Assembly: GCA_038227875.1 (NCBI GenBank)
Contig: JBBRPR010000079.1
Coordinates: 1-35,824, forward strand
Direction of reading: 5' to 3'
Length of the DNA: 35,824 bases
From: Planctomycetota bacterium
GTDB taxonomy: Bacteria; Planctomycetota; SZUA-567; H5-PLA8
Shown here: positions 18,301-26,748 of the stretch, piece after piece
How positions within the stretch are numbered: the stretch's first letter is position 1
Layout: every line of letters begins with the position of its first letter
The notes under the pieces: model-generated
Databases searched by the model: none
Told to the model about the DNA's origin: nothing
What the model saw: the letters and a program-made list of their open reading frames with translations, nothing else
Program-made: the position numbers and the translations under genes

Positions 18301-20962
18301 CAACGGCCCAGTTTCGATTACCACCTCCGACCCCAACGATGTCGATCCCGCGCCCACCACTTTCAGCGCTGGTGTCGCCACGTTCTCCATTACAAACATG
18401 ACCGCCGACGCCAATCAGTCCATTGCTCCAGATGCGACGCCGCTGGCAAACATCACGTCGTCCGCGTATACGGTCATCGCGCATACATCGAGCACCTTGG
18501 CGTGTTCCCCCAATCCTGGCGTGGTGGGCAGTCCGGTTAATTGCAGCGTGACGGTCGCGGCCTATGCACCTGCATTCAATATGCCAACGGGAACAGTGGA
18601 CATCTTCGTCGATGGAAGCCTGTTGGCCGCTGGCACGGGTACGCTCGTGAGTGGTTCGTGTGTCATTCCTGTGACATTGCCCTTCGGCGCACACACCCTT
18701 GTTGCCGTCTATAACGGCACGCCCATTTTCTTCTCGAGCACATCGAATTCGGTGTCCGAGTCCATTGAGCAGCCCAGCACCACCACACTCGTTTCCAACG
18801 TAACGCCGTACTCGGTATTCGGGCAGCCGGTTGTTTTCACTGCGACTGTGGCCGATACGTTGAACCCAACGCAGCCCGTGAGCGGAGCAGTGCTATTCTC
18901 CGTCAACGGTCAAATTGTGTCGATGCAAACGCTGCTGAAAAATTCGGCACAATTCACGACGTCGAGTCTGCCGGTTGCGGCTGCGAACCAGGTCGAAGTA
19001 CAGTTTGTGGGTAACGGCACATTCCTGGCAAGCTCCGCCTTAGTGACACAGCAAGTGAATAAGGCAGCGACGACCACAACGGTGGTCCCCAGTGGCGTGC
19101 TCCTCTCCGGCGCCGAGATTACATTGACCGCATCCGTGGCCACGACTGCGCCAGGCGCGGGTACCCCGGCGGGCACGGTGCAGTTCTTTGACGGCGCAAC
19201 TTCCTTATCACCGTCGATCACAGTGGTGAGTGGATCGGCGGCGTATACGACCAACACGTTGACCGTGAGTGGAAACATTCATTCCATCACGGCCGTGTAC
19301 AGCGGAAATTCGGATTTCGCCACCAGTACCTCTGTGGCGGCTTCCGTCATGATCAACCCAGCCAGCACGAGCACCACGCTCACGGCCACGCCGGCTGCTT
19401 CGATCTTCGGTCAGAGCGTCGTCTTGAGCGCCACGGTCACGGCGGTTGCGCCGGGGTCCGGCATTCCCACGAGCACGGTGACATTCATGGATGGCGCTGC
19501 GACTCTGGGAACGGCCACACTGTCGTCGGGCGTCGCGACGTTTTCGACGGCTGCACTGACGGTCGGCTCGCATCCCATTACGGCCGTCTACGGCGGCGAC
19601 TCTGAATTTAATCCAAGCACTTCCAGTATTTCCAACGTGGTGGTCAGCGCCCTGCCCATTCCCGCGATTATTTCACTTAGCCCGCCGAAGGTGCTGGTGG
19701 GTTCGGCCGGCTTGAACATCCTGGTCAACGGCAGCAACTTCGATCCACTATCGGTAGTCAAATGGAATGGCGCCAGCCGTCCCACGACCTTCGTCAGCTC
19801 CACATTGTTGATCGCCGCAATTCCAGCGTCCGACCTGGCGGCGGTGGGAATTGTTCCAGTCCTCGTCACCAATTCGCCGCTGGCCACGTCCGTGTCGACG
19901 AATTTCACGGTGGCCAATCCGGAGCCCGTGGTCATTACCATGACGCCGGCCATCGCGACCGCGGGTGATCCCCCGCTGGTCATTTCACTGACGGGAATCA
20001 ACTTCGTCAGCACCTCCACAGTTAACTTCGGAGGTGTTGCGATTTCCACGGTCTTTGTTAACAGCAACGCGCTGACGGCCACGATCCCTGCTGCAAAGCT
20101 CGCGGTGGATGGAACTGTGGGTATCACGGTGGTCAACCCCGGTCCAGGCGGGGGAACGTCGAATTCGGAATCCTTCGTGATCGGAAAGTTCACCGTTAAC
20201 AGCCCGCCGACGGCCACGCCCAATCCGACGCATGTGGGACAAACTGTCGCATTTTCAGTGAGCGCGACCAACACCAACAACGATGCGATCTCCTTTGCGT
20301 GGGACTTCGGCGATTCGACCGCCGGCGCCGGCCCGACACCGACGCACACGTATTCGGCGCTCGGTACCTATACGGCGACGGTTACGATCACGGCCTCCAG
20401 TGGCGCGAAGATCGTGGCCACGGTGAACGTGGTTGTCGAGACGCCGGATATCGGTGGCGGCGCTCTTCCGCCGGGGACATTCAAGGACACCAACGGTTCG
20501 GGCATTCCAGATGAAATGTTGAGTGCCGCGGCGACGGTTGGAATTTCGACAGTCAGTTCGTCCAAACCGCTGCCCAAAGTTCGGCTGGCAATCAAGCTCA
20601 ACTTTGCCACCTCCAACAGCGATTCGATCACGCTGAGCGCGATGCTGGACAAGACAGGCGCCGGGAAGCCGCTGGTGATCAATGTCGGCGGCGTGATCAA
20701 AGCCTTCACGCTGGACGCGACCGGCAAGGCCAAGTCCGGCGGAGATTCGGTGGCTGTTTCACCCAAGACGGGAAAGTTGGCCGCCCGATTCATGCATGGA
20801 TCGTTCGCGGCGCAATTGCTCAGCTCCGGGTTGACCAACGCGACCGTTTCAGGCGTAAGCCTGAGCATTCGCGTGGGCACATTGTTCAACAATTCAATGT
20901 GGTTCGCCCAACAGCCGCAGCTCTACAAGGCCACGCAAGGCAAGAGTGGCGCGACGCGGTAG
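15374..20962 (+). CDS. Large secreted adhesin-like protein: beta-helix-like G/T/S repeats, tandem Big_3-like Ig domains, IPT/TIG, PKD and a basic C-terminal domain
   Basis: Signal peptide ending NASA-Q (alternative start ATG 15488); repeated PTGTV.F.DG/H.ITAVYSG Ig motifs; TTFVSST.L.A.IPA IPT motifs; WDFGD..HTY PKD. Confidence 0.88.
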   Translation: MATSFAPIAQSNDLRGVIIYSMRERFRNMSLRLAKMGNMRCVLTFSMAVLLLLAVGNASAQTTVSSAATGNWNSRTTWGTSTNRTGTVATSTASVLVTGTGTVFTSELAPGAVLTTQGDVAIGTVLSIQSDTQLTLTGNSAVTLATSSYRTQYPCASDAVSIINGFTVTENINAACSSLSFQNNTVFSNTLTISGTNSLVVSGAIDLPRGFLIGVNTLAVNAGTLSAGSIGFTNGGISHLHVLTISTGTVLIAGNVTQTGSTGSATITFTGAGLLKVGGSFLNSSTGTLNSSPGCTVEYNGAAQTIGDFAYSNLTLSNSGIKTFLTGTAVNGNLTLSGTASATTVANFSIGGNLDVGSGAAFTVSANRTLGVTGTTSVSGTLTLAGTGTKTFGGSVVVNTGGVWSETGNSAYSFAGSLQNDGTFTANAGIHTFSGAGMTFSGSNTITIPSVTISGTGSQNGVLSVGTALSGGGTLTQGPGATLFLGGTSGISTLVATGSNNAVIYNGGVQVVKAITYEHLVILNTGVKTLAGDILVQGILNIFSGTLDAAGHTITLAGPATPLIVTGTLNPASVIYTSASGAYITGGITYTNLTINSTGQIFAAAGDVTVESVLNVQAGVFDGVTSTITLMGSGTPFVVTDTFNPSASTVVYSSLSGALVTAVPYTNLIINGSGVFTAANSFAVSKDLTLATGTFDDGGNVITVNGNIINSAAHTGTGEILLTGRALDHVLSGIGTFTSIEVNDPFGATFVSDIHVNGLLSLTNGNLSTPLNNTVTIGSAGDVTRGSGYVVGNLRKVYGALGSKVFEIGTSSGYSPVTVDVTSGIGSFTASATETPEPFAVDPNTVLHRFWTLSGNVGSVDLQFAYVFPGDVNGDETSYILGRDTGFPSWTYPGGRVDSNTHTASISGVVFYSGNWTAGERHGLNGPATQAIVVLPGQTLTPAVGLTGSPSSQTAGTTFTADVKAVDSNFNVDPSVNGPVSITTSDPNDVDPAPTTFSAGVATFSITNMTADANQSIAPDATPLANITSSAYTVIAHTSSTLACSPNPGVVGSPVNCSVTVAAYAPAFNMPTGTVDIFVDGSLLAAGTGTLVSGSCVIPVTLPFGAHTLVAVYNGTPIFFSSTSNSVSESIEQPSTTTLVSNVTPYSVFGQPVVFTATVADTLNPTQPVSGAVLFSVNGQIVSMQTLLKNSAQFTTSSLPVAAANQVEVQFVGNGTFLASSALVTQQVNKAATTTTVVPSGVLLSGAEITLTASVATTAPGAGTPAGTVQFFDGATSLSPSITVVSGSAAYTTNTLTVSGNIHSITAVYSGNSDFATSTSVAASVMINPASTSTTLTATPAASIFGQSVVLSATVTAVAPGSGIPTSTVTFMDGAATLGTATLSSGVATFSTAALTVGSHPITAVYGGDSEFNPSTSSISNVVVSALPIPAIISLSPPKVLVGSAGLNILVNGSNFDPLSVVKWNGASRPTTFVSSTLLIAAIPASDLAAVGIVPVLVTNSPLATSVSTNFTVANPEPVVITMTPAIATAGDPPLVISLTGINFVSTSTVNFGGVAISTVFVNSNALTATIPAAKLAVDGTVGITVVNPGPGGGTSNSESFVIGKFTVNSPPTATPNPTHVGQTVAFSVSATNTNNDAISFAWDFGDSTAGAGPTPTHTYSALGTYTATVTITASSGAKIVATVNVVVETPDIGGGALPPGTFKDTNGSGIPDEMLSAAATVGISTVSSSKPLPKVRLAIKLNFATSNSDSITLSAMLDKTGAGKPLVINVGGVIKAFTLDATGKAKSGGDSVAVSPKTGKLAARFMHGSFAAQLLSSGLTNATVSGVSLSIRVGTLFNNSMWFAQQPQLYKATQGKSGATR

Positions 20963-21174
20963 TGCGGTAAATTGAATCGAAGCGGAGAACGCAGACCACT
21001 GATTGAAAGTTTATCGACGCGCCGGATATAGTTCGCCGGCGCAACGCGTAATAATGTGGGTGGTGGAGATAGAATCAGCCAGCAGCATGCCGCGCCATTA
21101 AAGATTCCTGCGGAGCTGAAGAGACGCCAAAGAAATGATGGCGCAGTTGCTTAAGTTGCGATACGAATAAACGG

Positions 21175-22041
21175 GTGACCCGTTCAGTTATCTACCCCGC
21201 ACGATTGCTCGCCGACCAGCTTTCCCGAACGCGGCTCCAACCCACGCTGGCGGTTGGCATCTCCAAGCACGCTGGCGGAAGTGTTGGGCCACTCCGTCAG
21301 ATTGACAACTACGATCTCCATTTCATCACCCAGGGAGTCATGTGCTACGAGCTGAAGCACAAGAGGTTGATGGCGCCGGCGGGGCATTTCTGCCTGTTGC
21401 CTCGAGGGGCGCGATTTATCGAGCGCAACGTGACACGGGGCGGCAGGACAATGAGCGTCTGTTTCGCTCACTTTATCGCGGACTCGGGTGACAGCGATCC
21501 CTTCAAGTCACTTGAACTGCCCGCTGTTTTTCGGGCGAGCAGCAGCAACACCGCCAGCCGCCTGTTTAAACGTCTACTGGAATCGGTGCGACGATGGCAG
21601 GCTGGCGAGTCATGGGGGCCGCTCCAAGCTCAACGCGAATTGTTCCATCTGCTCACCCTTGCGCTTCAGGATGCCGCCAAAGTCGGAGCGCTGCGTTTCA
21701 ATTCAAGCCGCGTGGGTCCGGAATGGCTGGAAGCTGTGCTTGAACACATTGAAAACGGACTCGGCGATCCGACCATGGACGTGAACACCCTCGCCGCGGT
21801 GGCGCATCTATCGGCATCGCACTTTGCCCATATGTTCCGGCGTTACGCGGGTATATCGCCCAAGCAACTGCTGCTGCGAAAGCGAATGGAACGCGCGGAG
21901 GCGTTATTGATTTCAACCCACCTTTCCGTGAAGGAAATTGCGTCCCGATCGGGATATGACGATCCGTATCATTTCTCCGCCATTTTCAAGAAATGGACGC
22001 GTGTCTCTCCCATGCACTATCGCAACACTCGCAGCAAGTGA
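21175..22041 (+). CDS. AraC family transcriptional regulator
   Basis: N-terminal cupin-like segment; LAAVAHLSASHFAHMFRR; SVKEIASRSGYDDPYHFSAIFKKWT..SP..YR. Confidence 0.92.
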   Translation: MTRSVIYPARLLADQLSRTRLQPTLAVGISKHAGGSVGPLRQIDNYDLHFITQGVMCYELKHKRLMAPAGHFCLLPRGARFIERNVTRGGRTMSVCFAHFIADSGDSDPFKSLELPAVFRASSSNTASRLFKRLLESVRRWQAGESWGPLQAQRELFHLLTLALQDAAKVGALRFNSSRVGPEWLEAVLEHIENGLGDPTMDVNTLAAVAHLSASHFAHMFRRYAGISPKQLLLRKRMERAEALLISTHLSVKEIASRSGYDDPYHFSAIFKKWTRVSPMHYRNTRSK

Positions 22042-22154
22042 TTCAATCACTGGCAGCAGCAAAACACATCCCTTCAGCAGTCAATCGCATGGCGCCCAGC
22101 AGCCTGACCTGATTTAATGCGCCTGTGGCAGCAGAAAAACCAGGAGCGACAAAA

Positions 22155-22922
22155 ATGAAGCTGGGACTCGTGACGTACAACATGGCGGCGCAGTGGAACA
22201 TCGACACGATTATTGAGAACTGCAAAGCCACTGGATTTCAAGGCGTGGAGTTGCGCACAACGCACGCGCACAAGGTCGAAGAAAGTCTTTCAAAATCCGA
22301 GCGACTTGAAGTCCGACAGCGTCTTGCGGCCGGGGGCATCGTTCCCTATGGCATTGGGACTGTGTATGAATACCACTCGCCCGATCGCAGCGTGCTGAAG
22401 CAGAACATCGAGGGCAGTAAACGCGCCATCGATCTGGCGTCGGAGATTGGATGCGAGGGGATCAAGGTGCGGCCCAATGGGTTGCCTCCAGAGGTCGAGG
22501 AGGCGAAGACGCTGGAGCAGATCGGACATTCGCTGCGCGAAGTTGCTGCGTATGGAAAAGAGAAGAATGTGCGTGTGTGGCTCGAAGTTCATGGCAGGGA
22601 TACGGAGCGGGTCGATCGCATTCATAAGATCATGCAGTACGCCGATCATTCCAACGCCTTCGTAACCTGGAACTGCAATCCGGGCGAAACCGACGCCAAC
22701 GGCGATCTTAAGACCAGCTTCGAACTCCTGAAGAATTACATCGGCTGTGTCCACATCCAGGAGCTATGGGATTCGCGCCGCTATCCGTGGCTTCAGATCT
22801 TCTCGCTGCTGAAGAGCATCCGATACACGGGCTGGACAAGCTACGAAGGCCCCGGTTCCAGCGACCCGCTGCTGGTGATGAAGTGTTATCGCCGTCTCTG
22901 GGAACTGCATCAAGTTGGATAG
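22155..22922 (+). CDS. Sugar phosphate isomerase/epimerase (xylose isomerase-like TIM barrel)
   Basis: AGGAG RBS; MKLGLVTY, GFQGVELR, WLEVHG, VHIQE, SYE. Confidence 0.88.
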   Translation: MKLGLVTYNMAAQWNIDTIIENCKATGFQGVELRTTHAHKVEESLSKSERLEVRQRLAAGGIVPYGIGTVYEYHSPDRSVLKQNIEGSKRAIDLASEIGCEGIKVRPNGLPPEVEEAKTLEQIGHSLREVAAYGKEKNVRVWLEVHGRDTERVDRIHKIMQYADHSNAFVTWNCNPGETDANGDLKTSFELLKNYIGCVHIQELWDSRRYPWLQIFSLLKSIRYTGWTSYEGPGSSDPLLVMKCYRRLWELHQVG

Positions 22923-22932
22923 TTGAAGCGGA

Positions 22933-22962
22933 CAGCGGTGAGCGGAATCCCGCTCACCGCTG
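22933..22962. terminator. Strong hairpin between convergent genes (probable terminator)
   Basis: 13-bp perfect stem CAGCGGTGAGCGG-AATC-CCGCTCACCGCTG; no clear U tract. Confidence 0.6.
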
Positions 22963-22974
22963 CCGTAATTTGAT

Positions 22975-24261
22975 CTAAGGATTCGCCGGCTTGTCTCCCG
23001 CCTTTTTATTGGAGGCCGTTTCGGTGGCCGCCTTGGTCTCCTTTTTGAAGCGGTACACCCAAGTTGTCGAAGCCTTGTTGACCACGAAAACATTCCGCGC
23101 GCTGTCAAAATAACTGATCGTGCGGCCGGGAGGGCAGGGCGGCCCGCTGACTTTATTCTTCGTCCACTTCTTGTCCTTTGCACTGTAGGACCACATCACG
23201 TCCGGCGTGTCTTGATGAAAGAGCAGGCAGACGCCGTTGCCTGAGTCGTAGTACATCGTGCTGCGCGCATCCATGCCTTCCGGCGCGTCGGCGGAGTCCT
23301 TGCCGGGATCGAGCACCTTCTGCCACTTGTTCTCATGAATATCGAACTGAAGCGTGGACTTCTCCGGTTCCTGCGCCACCAGCACTTTGTTTTCACTGTC
23401 GTAGGCCATGAGCGACTCGTAGATAGGCTCATTGGAGAGCGCTTTGAGTTGCTTCCAGGAATTGGTGGCGTGATTGTAGAGCCACGTGCCCTTGCCGCTC
23501 CACCCGCCGGAAACGCACACCGGGCCGCCCAGGTCCGACACGTATTCCATCTGCGCCGCATAGGGAACCTGCGGGAAGGGCTTGGGTGACAACACCAGTT
23601 TCCACTGTTTTTCGTAGGGCTTGAAGGACCACATGGGCGGGCCTTCGTAGATTCCTTCTTTGCTGTGCGTGGTTTGTTCAATGTAATTGGCGAAACGGTC
23701 GCCAATGCCGACGTTCATCCACAGCGCGGCCTTCATTCCCGGATCGTAACAAAACGCCCACCAGGTATGGCCGTAATGCGTGGGACCGCCGCGGTTGGTC
23801 TGCACGAATTTCACTTTCTCTGTCGTACCGGGAATGGTCTCCTCTTTGATTTCCATCACGCCAGTGGCGTTGTTGGCATCCGGCGCGAATAGCAGCACCC
23901 ACGTGTTGGAGGCCAGGTCGTATTCCCACGCGTCGTCGAGACGGTGCGGTGCGCCATGGTTGGCGCCACAGTAGAACGCGCGATTCCGATCGGGCATCCA
24001 GACGGCCTTGTTAGTATAATCGCGGCCCACGGGACCGGTGTGTTCCATGTCGAATTGCTTGGTAATCGCGTTCCACTCACCGACGGTCTTGATCGGCGGC
24101 AGTACCGCGCTGGAGTTGTCCCCGAGACCGTTCAGGATCTCCGTCACCTTGGCGTCGGGAGGCAACGCCGGTTCGACGGCTGTCTTCTCACTGGCGCTGA
24201 CGCCGCCAAGAAAAATAGACCCCACAATTACTGTCAGTAAGACCCGCGCTCGAACGCCCAT
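22975..24261 (-). CDS. Secreted Kelch-like beta-propeller protein
   Basis: AAGGAGG RBS; signal peptide; repeated WEYDLASNTW, WLYNHATNSW, FDIHENKW, WSYSAKDKKW and YDS blade motifs. Confidence 0.8.
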   Translation of the reverse strand: MGVRARVLLTVIVGSIFLGGVSASEKTAVEPALPPDAKVTEILNGLGDNSSAVLPPIKTVGEWNAITKQFDMEHTGPVGRDYTNKAVWMPDRNRAFYCGANHGAPHRLDDAWEYDLASNTWVLLFAPDANNATGVMEIKEETIPGTTEKVKFVQTNRGGPTHYGHTWWAFCYDPGMKAALWMNVGIGDRFANYIEQTTHSKEGIYEGPPMWSFKPYEKQWKLVLSPKPFPQVPYAAQMEYVSDLGGPVCVSGGWSGKGTWLYNHATNSWKQLKALSNEPIYESLMAYDSENKVLVAQEPEKSTLQFDIHENKWQKVLDPGKDSADAPEGMDARSTMYYDSGNGVCLLFHQDTPDVMWSYSAKDKKWTKNKVSGPPCPPGRTISYFDSARNVFVVNKASTTWVYRFKKETKAATETASNKKAGDKPANP

Positions 24262-24385
24262 GCTTTTCCTCCTTGATTGGTCGTATGGATTTGAGCCTCA
24301 ATTCCTGCCACACTATACACCCGGCCACGGTGGAGAGACGCCTTTAAGCCATTTCATTTGCTGTGAATTGCTGTAAAATCAAGGG

Positions 24386-25477
24386 ATGGTTTCACCGAAG
24401 AAAAGCCGTCGTGCGCGAGGGCGTCCGCCCAGTTCACACGCAGAACACCGCAAGATCGCAGCGAAACTCCGTACGCAAATCAACGCCGGCGACTGGGCGC
24501 CTTTTGACAACCTGCCAACCGTGCGCGCCCTGGCGGAGGCCCATGGCGCCAGCATCTGTGCGGTGCGCCTGGCGCTCGAACAACTGGAAAGCGAACAGCT
24601 CATCGCCCGGACCGCGCGCCGCCGCCGGTTGTTCCTGCGTCCGCGTCCATTCTCCATGGATGGGCGCGGCATTGTGCTGGAGGTGCTCAGCGATCCGCTG
24701 AAGGCCGTGGCTTTTGATCCCACACTCGCGGAAATCCAGCGCGGTATCATGTCCGGCTGCAGCGACAGTGGCGCGCCGCTGTTGATCGCCCATGCTCACG
24801 AGCTTCAGCACGCACAGCCGCATGGATTTCTCGACCTGCCGCTGAAAGGAATCCTGCTGGTGGGCCGCTTTGCGGCAAAGAATCTACGCGCCTACGAGCG
24901 CCTGACGGTGCCGGTCTGCAATGTGGATACGCCCTCGGACGGACAGCGACTGCACTCGGTATCGGTGGATAACGTCAACGCAGCGTACGACGCCACCCGT
25001 GTGCTGATTGAGGAAGGCCATCGCCGCATTGCGTTCATCCAATTCATTCTTTATACGCTGCGCGATATCGATCCAGACTCAAAGGAGCGCAAGCAGGGAT
25101 TCCAGAAGGCGTGCAGAGAGGCCCGCGTGTCCGGTGCGGGAAACACGGTGTTCAGTTTTCTTCCCGGGACAAGTGGTCAAAACTCGTTGCGTGCGCTGTT
25201 GAAGGTGCGACCGCGATTTTCAGCGGTGCTCTGTGTTGATCCGTCCAGTGCGGCAGCGCTGACCGAGGAGGCCACGAACGCCGGATGGACTCTGCCCCGA
25301 GACTTGAAGATTGTGTGCTTCCAGGGCCTGACGGAATCGACGCTGTATTCCGGTCCCGCCAGCGACTTCGCGGCGCTCGGGCGGCAGGCGGTCCGATTGC
25401 TGGACCACCCCAAGTCGCCGCCCATTCACGAGCGCGTGCGGCCGGTCTGGCGCGAACGCGCGGCGCACCGTCCGTGA
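24386..25477 (+). CDS. GntR-type HTH fused to a LacI/periplasmic-binding-protein-like sensor domain
   Basis: LPTVRALAEAHGAS..AVRLALEQLESEQLI; SVSVDN..AAYDATRVLIEEGHRRIAFI; ERKQGF; LPRDLKIVCF. Confidence 0.88.
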   Translation: MVSPKKSRRARGRPPSSHAEHRKIAAKLRTQINAGDWAPFDNLPTVRALAEAHGASICAVRLALEQLESEQLIARTARRRRLFLRPRPFSMDGRGIVLEVLSDPLKAVAFDPTLAEIQRGIMSGCSDSGAPLLIAHAHELQHAQPHGFLDLPLKGILLVGRFAAKNLRAYERLTVPVCNVDTPSDGQRLHSVSVDNVNAAYDATRVLIEEGHRRIAFIQFILYTLRDIDPDSKERKQGFQKACREARVSGAGNTVFSFLPGTSGQNSLRALLKVRPRFSAVLCVDPSSAAALTEEATNAGWTLPRDLKIVCFQGLTESTLYSGPASDFAALGRQAVRLLDHPKSPPIHERVRPVWRERAAHRP

Positions 25478-25481
25478 GCCA

Positions 25482-26564
25482 TTAACGCAGACCCAACTGC
25501 TCCCGCAGAAATTCCACTGCTCGCGCGCCGTCCCAGCGGTGCGCTCCGGAAAAGACGACGTGTTCGAACTGCGCGGCGGCGCCGAATTGCGCGAACGCTT
25601 TGCGTGTAATCGCGGTTTGGCTCGTTACGTTCTTGAGTTTGCTGGCACCGTTGAGCGGATCTTTCTCGCCGGTCTCGATCAGCAGGCCGCGTGGTGCGAC
25701 CATTGCGCCGATGTCGCCGGCGTCAAAGTGCTCCCAAAGTCCCGGCACCAGATTGCACATGCAATTGCCATTCATCACCTGCAGCGATTCGCGGAAACCG
25801 TAGAAGTAGCCGCTGACCACGGCAGCTTTCACGCGTGTGTCCAGCGCTGCAAGATTGAGCGTCTGCAGTCCGCCGCCGGAGAGTCCCGCGCAGCCGATGC
25901 GCTGGGCATCGACACGCGGATCTTTCTCGAGGTGATCGAGCAGGCGCATCAAGTCCCATGTCCACATCCCTTGCACGGTCAAACCCAGCGGCGCGCCGGC
26001 GAGGAGTAATTCGTGGCAGGAACTGGCGGTGAGTTGTTCCGGGTGTTCGCGGTCGTGCTGTTTGGACGGTTCGCGGCGTTCGCCAAATCCGCGCGCGTCG
26101 GGGCACGCGGTGATGAAACCGGCGCGGGCCAGTTGTGGTGCGTATTCGTAATTGTAGCGTTCGATCGCGGCGACAATCTGCGGGATGTCACGCCGACCGG
26201 CCACGGCCAGCTTTCCACCGGAACCGTGCCCGTGAGGGGCGAGGACGAGTGGACGCTTTTCGGTTCCGCCATTGGGAACGAACAAATAGTAGGGCATCCA
26301 CACGTCGCGTTCGGTCTGAATGCGCCATTCTTCGCGGACGGCGCCGTCAAGTTTTACACTATCGACGCGGACTGGCCGAGGTGGCACGCGCTTGAAATGT
26401 TGCAGTCCCAGCACCTTCGCAAAGACCGCCCGCGCGCGTTTCTGCCAGGCAGCGGAAGCTTTCGCGCCTTTGGCTGAAAACCGGAGTTTCGCGCCGCGTT
26501 CGTGGAATTGGCGTTCCAGCGCAAGCTCGCTGGTATAGAATTTTTGGACGTGCGCGCTGGGCAT
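25482..26564 (-). CDS. Alpha/beta hydrolase (dienelactone hydrolase / Abhydrolase_7-like esterase)
   Basis: LAPHGHG, PDARGFGER, RIGCAGLSGGG nucleophile elbow, D and H candidates (EKDPL, GAHRW); ATG 26564 with GGAG RBS. Confidence 0.88.
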   Translation of the reverse strand: MPSAHVQKFYTSELALERQFHERGAKLRFSAKGAKASAAWQKRARAVFAKVLGLQHFKRVPPRPVRVDSVKLDGAVREEWRIQTERDVWMPYYLFVPNGGTEKRPLVLAPHGHGSGGKLAVAGRRDIPQIVAAIERYNYEYAPQLARAGFITACPDARGFGERREPSKQHDREHPEQLTASSCHELLLAGAPLGLTVQGMWTWDLMRLLDHLEKDPRVDAQRIGCAGLSGGGLQTLNLAALDTRVKAAVVSGYFYGFRESLQVMNGNCMCNLVPGLWEHFDAGDIGAMVAPRGLLIETGEKDPLNGASKLKNVTSQTAITRKAFAQFGAAAQFEHVVFSGAHRWDGARAVEFLREQLGLR

Positions 26565-26748
26565 AACCGAAGCTGCTCCAAGGTGATGGGACAGAACCGC
26601 AAGATACCGTGGCACGTAACGTTTGGGAAGGAGCGAAACGAACTGCTCTTGTGCATCAAAACCTTTTGATTTCCGCCTATCTGCGGATATCTTTTACGGT
26701 TTACACTCGGATCGGAAGATCGCATACAAGCATAAGCAGGGAGAGATC

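Noticed and set aside
11032..21174. Possible integrative island boundaries around the surface-protein block
   Set aside because: No integrase, tRNA or convincing direct repeat; only a 9-bp inverted match (CGCGTTGCG) was seen
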